Origin: an uncultured Nitrospinota bacterium
GTDB taxonomy: Bacteria > Tectomicrobia > Entotheonellia > J063 > CAVPRW01
DNA: 64,000 bases
Direction of reading: 5' to 3'
NCBI GenBank assembly: GCA_963707985.1
Contig: CAVPRW010000025.1
Span: forward strand, 1 to 64,000
Shown: in pieces, positions 60,990 through 64,000 of the stretch
Layout: each line of letters begins with the position of its first letter
How positions within the stretch are numbered: the first letter of the stretch is position 1
The notes under the pieces: model-generated
Told to the model about the DNA's origin: nothing
The model's input: the letters and a program-made list of their open reading frames with translations, nothing else
Database searches by the model: none
Position numbers and translations under genes: made by a program

Positions 60990-62302
60990 CGTCCACCTCC
61001 GAATTTCCCCTTTTTACCCCCTTGCATGAAACGCTTCATGAGCTTGCGCGTCTCCGCGAACTGTTTGAGGAGACGGTTGACATCCTGGATTTGCGTGCCG
61101 CTTCCTTGAGCAATCCGTCGACGGCGACTGCCGTCGATCATCGATGGGTTTTGCCGTTCAGCAAGAGTCATGGAATTGATCATCGCCTCAATGCGGACAA
61201 ACTCTCGCTCATCAACCTGAAGATTCTTTATTCCCCCTGTCCCTGGCAACATCGACAGGATTTGATCGAACGAGCCCATCTTGCGGACCTGCTGCAATTG
61301 CTCTTTGAAATCCGCCAACGTAAAGCTCTCTTCACGCAGCTTTCGCTCGATTTCCTTGGCTTTCTCAACGGAGATCGCCTCTTCAGCGCGCTCGATCAAC
61401 GACAGAATATCTCCCATGCCCAGAATGCGGGAGGCAATGCGCTCAGGGTGAAAGGGTTCGAGGGCATCGACTTTCTCACCGGTGCCGACAAATTTGATGG
61501 GCTTCCCAGTCACCGTCCAGATCGATAAAGCTGCCCCACCACGGGCATCACCGTCGAGCTTCGTCAGGATCACCCCATCGAGCGCCAGGGCTTCGTTGAA
61601 GGCCTTGGCCACGTTGACGGCATCTTGGCCCGTCATACTGTCCGCCACGAACAAGACCTCATGGGGAACCAACTCTCGGCGCAGCCCCCGCAACTCCTCC
61701 ATCATGCCCTCATCGATGTGCAGTCGGCCTGCCGTATCGATAATAGCAACATCGTGGCCGCGGCTTCGTGCGGTGGCCACGGCGTCACGACAAATATCAG
61801 CCGGCCTGGCAGCGGGATTTGTCTCCCACACGGGGACACCGATCTGCTGTCCCAGCACCTGTAGCTGAGTAATCGCGGCCGGACGATAGACGTCAGCCGG
61901 GATGAGAAACGGACGCCGTCCCTCGCGTTGTAGCCGCCTGGCAAGTTTCGCCGCGGTTGTGGTCTTGCCGGACCCCTGTAGGCCGACAAGCATGATGATC
62001 GTCGGTGGTGTGGAGGCCAAGGTCAACTTACTCTGTGACTCACCCATCAGGCTCATCAACTCCTGATGGACGACCTTCACCACTTGCTGCCCCGGGGTTA
62101 AACTCTGCAGCACAGCTGTGCCGACAGCCTTTTCCCGTACACGCTCGATAAAGTCCTTCACCACACCATAATTGACGTCTGCCTCGAGGAGAGCTAGCCG
62201 CACCTCTCGCAGGGCATCGCGAATGGTGGCTTCGGTCAGCTTGCCCCGGCTGCGAAGACGCCGAAAGACATCCTCTAAACGTGACGAAAGCCCTGTGAAC
62301 AC
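60974..62302 (-). CDS. ffh: Signal recognition particle protein
   Basis: [25 protein letters not shown] domain; GTG 62302 after AGGAG. Confidence 0.98.
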   Translation of the reverse strand: MFTGLSSRLEDVFRRLRSRGKLTEATIRDALREVRLALLEADVNYGVVKDFIERVREKAVGTAVLQSLTPGQQVVKVVHQELMSLMGESQSKLTLASTPPTIIMLVGLQGSGKTTTAAKLARRLQREGRRPFLIPADVYRPAAITQLQVLGQQIGVPVWETNPAARPADICRDAVATARSRGHDVAIIDTAGRLHIDEGMMEELRGLRRELVPHEVLFVADSMTGQDAVNVAKAFNEALALDGVILTKLDGDARGGAALSIWTVTGKPIKFVGTGEKVDALEPFHPERIASRILGMGDILSLIERAEEAISVEKAKEIERKLREESFTLADFKEQLQQVRKMGSFDQILSMLPGTGGIKNLQVDEREFVRIEAMINSMTLAERQNPSMIDGSRRRRIAQGSGTQIQDVNRLLKQFAETRKLMKRFMQGGKKGKFGGGRWPLR

Positions 62303-62395
62303 GTGCACTCTCCTACCGAGACGGCTAAACAAGCCATCCCTCTCACAAGAGCAGCAAGCAAAACAGGTGCAGCTCCCTGCCTAAAAGCGCTCATC

Positions 62396-62424
62396 AGTGT
62401 ATGAAATGCAATAGCTGCTGTCAA
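62396..62424 (-). promoter_or_regulatory. Sigma70 promoter of the ffh-rpsP operon
   Basis: TTGACA-17 bp-TACACT on the minus strand, about 95 bp upstream of ffh. Confidence 0.75.
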
Positions 62425-62690
62425 GTGCCAACGCACAGCACCGACATAGCGGATGAGGCACCGCAAGCGCCCACAGCCAATCTGCACGCGCTTGATGAGC
62501 CATCAGCCGCAATCGGCGTTGCATAGCGGGCGCTGTTGAGCGGGACTCGCGGACCGTTGGGCAGCTCGCACCAGGATTGGAACACGGCTACGAGGACTAC
62601 TGATGGTAGATATTTTTGGCGCTCTCAAATATGTCTGCAACGTGGGGGAAAGGTGCACATAGGAACCGAGAAACCGGGAGGGAAACGGTC

Positions 62691-63638
62691 TTATTCAATA
62701 TGCTTTTCTTCCACAAGAACCCCATCATAATACACTTTAGCCACCGTCTGGCCTTTGACCTTCACCAAGATCCGGACCTCGCCCCCTGATTCACGCACCT
62801 GATCGAAAACTTGCCGCTGCTCCTCTGCATTGGCGACAACGATCTGTACCCGCCGCGGCCCAGTGCCCGTTGTCACGCGGTGTTGGAAGACCGTAAACGT
62901 TCCAACACTGCTTATTGGCGTCGATTCGCGCTTGGCCAACACCAACTCCACTCCCTGGCCTGTCATGACTCGTTGCCCAGGAATGGGCTGTTGTGTGATC
63001 ACACTACCCGCTCGAGCCTCCGGACGATCTATGTAGCGCACCTTCTCGATGCGGAGCCCAATGGCCGCCGCCATTTCGTTAGCAGTGGACTGAGATTGAC
63101 CCCGGAAATCGGGCATAACATAGTTCACTGCCCAGGGCCCATCGCTAGCCAACAAGGTGACAGTTCCGCCCTTCATAACCTTGGAAGCTGCCGGAGGACT
63201 TTGGGCGATCACATTGTCACGTGCCACTCGCGCCGAATGCACCCGATAGATTTCTCCCACACGAAGCCCATAGCGTTCCAGGGTGGACTTCGCATCCCTC
63301 CATGAAGTCCCGTGCACCGCTGGAATGACCACCTCTCCTACGCCTTTGCTGATGACTACACGAATGATCGCCTCGGGCTGCATCCAGCTTCCCGGCTTTG
63401 GGTCTTGGGAGATGATCTGGTTTGAGGGCGTGGAGGTGCTGAAGGATCGGTCAGCAACCTTGAGGCTTAGGCCTTGCTTGTTCGAGAGATCCAGCGCCGC
63501 AACCAAATCCTTGCCGATGAGATCAGGAACAATGACGCCTTCACGTGTCACGGTCAGGCGGACGACGACAACGGCTGTCAGGGCGCCTAGAACGATGACC
63601 AAGACCAAAGCGGTGAAAAGCTTCATAATGCGCTTCAT
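62691..63638 (-). CDS. PASTA-domain membrane protein (3 repeats)
   Basis: N-terminal TM; VPDL.G / QDP.PG / QSP / QQP repeats. Confidence 0.9.
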   Translation of the reverse strand: MKRIMKLFTALVLVIVLGALTAVVVVRLTVTREGVIVPDLIGKDLVAALDLSNKQGLSLKVADRSFSTSTPSNQIISQDPKPGSWMQPEAIIRVVISKGVGEVVIPAVHGTSWRDAKSTLERYGLRVGEIYRVHSARVARDNVIAQSPPAASKVMKGGTVTLLASDGPWAVNYVMPDFRGQSQSTANEMAAAIGLRIEKVRYIDRPEARAGSVITQQPIPGQRVMTGQGVELVLAKRESTPISSVGTFTVFQHRVTTGTGPRRVQIVVANAEEQRQVFDQVRESGGEVRILVKVKGQTVAKVYYDGVLVEEKHIE

Positions 63639-63688
63639 GGCACTGCAATCCGTTCCCCGGTCAGACAGGACACCATCTCGTTGATGAT

Positions 63689-64000
63689 CTACGTAAGACG
63701 CCGCAGGCAGGCGCCAAAAAAGCCATCGAGCCCCTCGGGTCCCGGCCATGTCTGCAACCATCCCCCCGGCTGTGCAAAAACTCGCGCGGCATCGGGGAGG
63801 TTTCTGACGGCTGCTTCCAGCACATAACCGGGATGACACGCTAAAAATTCTTTGACAATATGCTGATTTTCGGCTGCCTCTATCGAACAGGTAATGTACA
63901 GCAACAGTCCATCAGGTTTGACGAACTGGCTGAGATGCGCCAAGATGGCGGCTTGTTGGTGCGCCATCAGGCCGATCAACTCTGGCCCCTTGCGCCACTT
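63689..64000 (-). CDS. rsmB: 16S rRNA m5C967 methyltransferase, 3' part (runs off the window)
   Basis: LYITCS..EN..V..FL, DGFFGACL. Confidence 0.85.
   Translation of the reverse strand, partial: KWRKGPELIGLMAHQQAAILAHLSQFVKPDGLLLYITCSIEAAENQHIVKEFLACHPGYVLEAAVRNLPDAARVFAQPGGWLQTWPGPEGLDGFFGACLRRLT

Overview
GC-rich bacterial DNA, tentatively Candidatus Tectomicrobia-like from gene style alone (not verifiable here). It has two parts. (1) About 1-48.5 kb is accessory, heavily eroded DNA. It holds two paralogous signalling cassettes (giant Ser/Thr-kinase-like/AAA/GAF/PAS/His-kinase, FixJ-type regulator, stand-alone REC, sigma54 activator) at 357-8580 and 22825-31201, and two homologous sigma54 promoter/enhancer units each leading to a homologous unannotated 29-aa membrane peptide. 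It also contains NDH-2, DUF29, a PIN toxin-antitoxin pair, a decaying sugar operon (tal'/ppgK'/MFS'/Gfo/glgB/FBP aldolase), a Tat-exported ABC binding protein, an orphan holin plus dual-catalytic (M15+GH19) lysin, a coupled PPTase/M16 peptidase pair, a B12 radical SAM gene and many IS remnants, including an IS4 derivative with an 11-bp TSD nested in a MITE. (2) About 48.5-64 kb is a minus-strand core block (rsmB', PASTA, ffh, rpsP, khpA, rimM, trmD, rplS, rnhB, yraN, rplM, rpsI, tsf, pyrH, frr, uppS, cdsA, dxr, cinA-like, thpR, recA, recX) with no rpsB before tsf. Single-base indels also hit essential genes, so many frameshifts are probably sequencing or polishing errors. The most notable signals are the sigma54 micropeptide units, an apparent DNA-binding-domain swap caught mid-way, and a strong A:T->C:G bias in pseudogenes. 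All family calls are from motif recognition; no searches were run.
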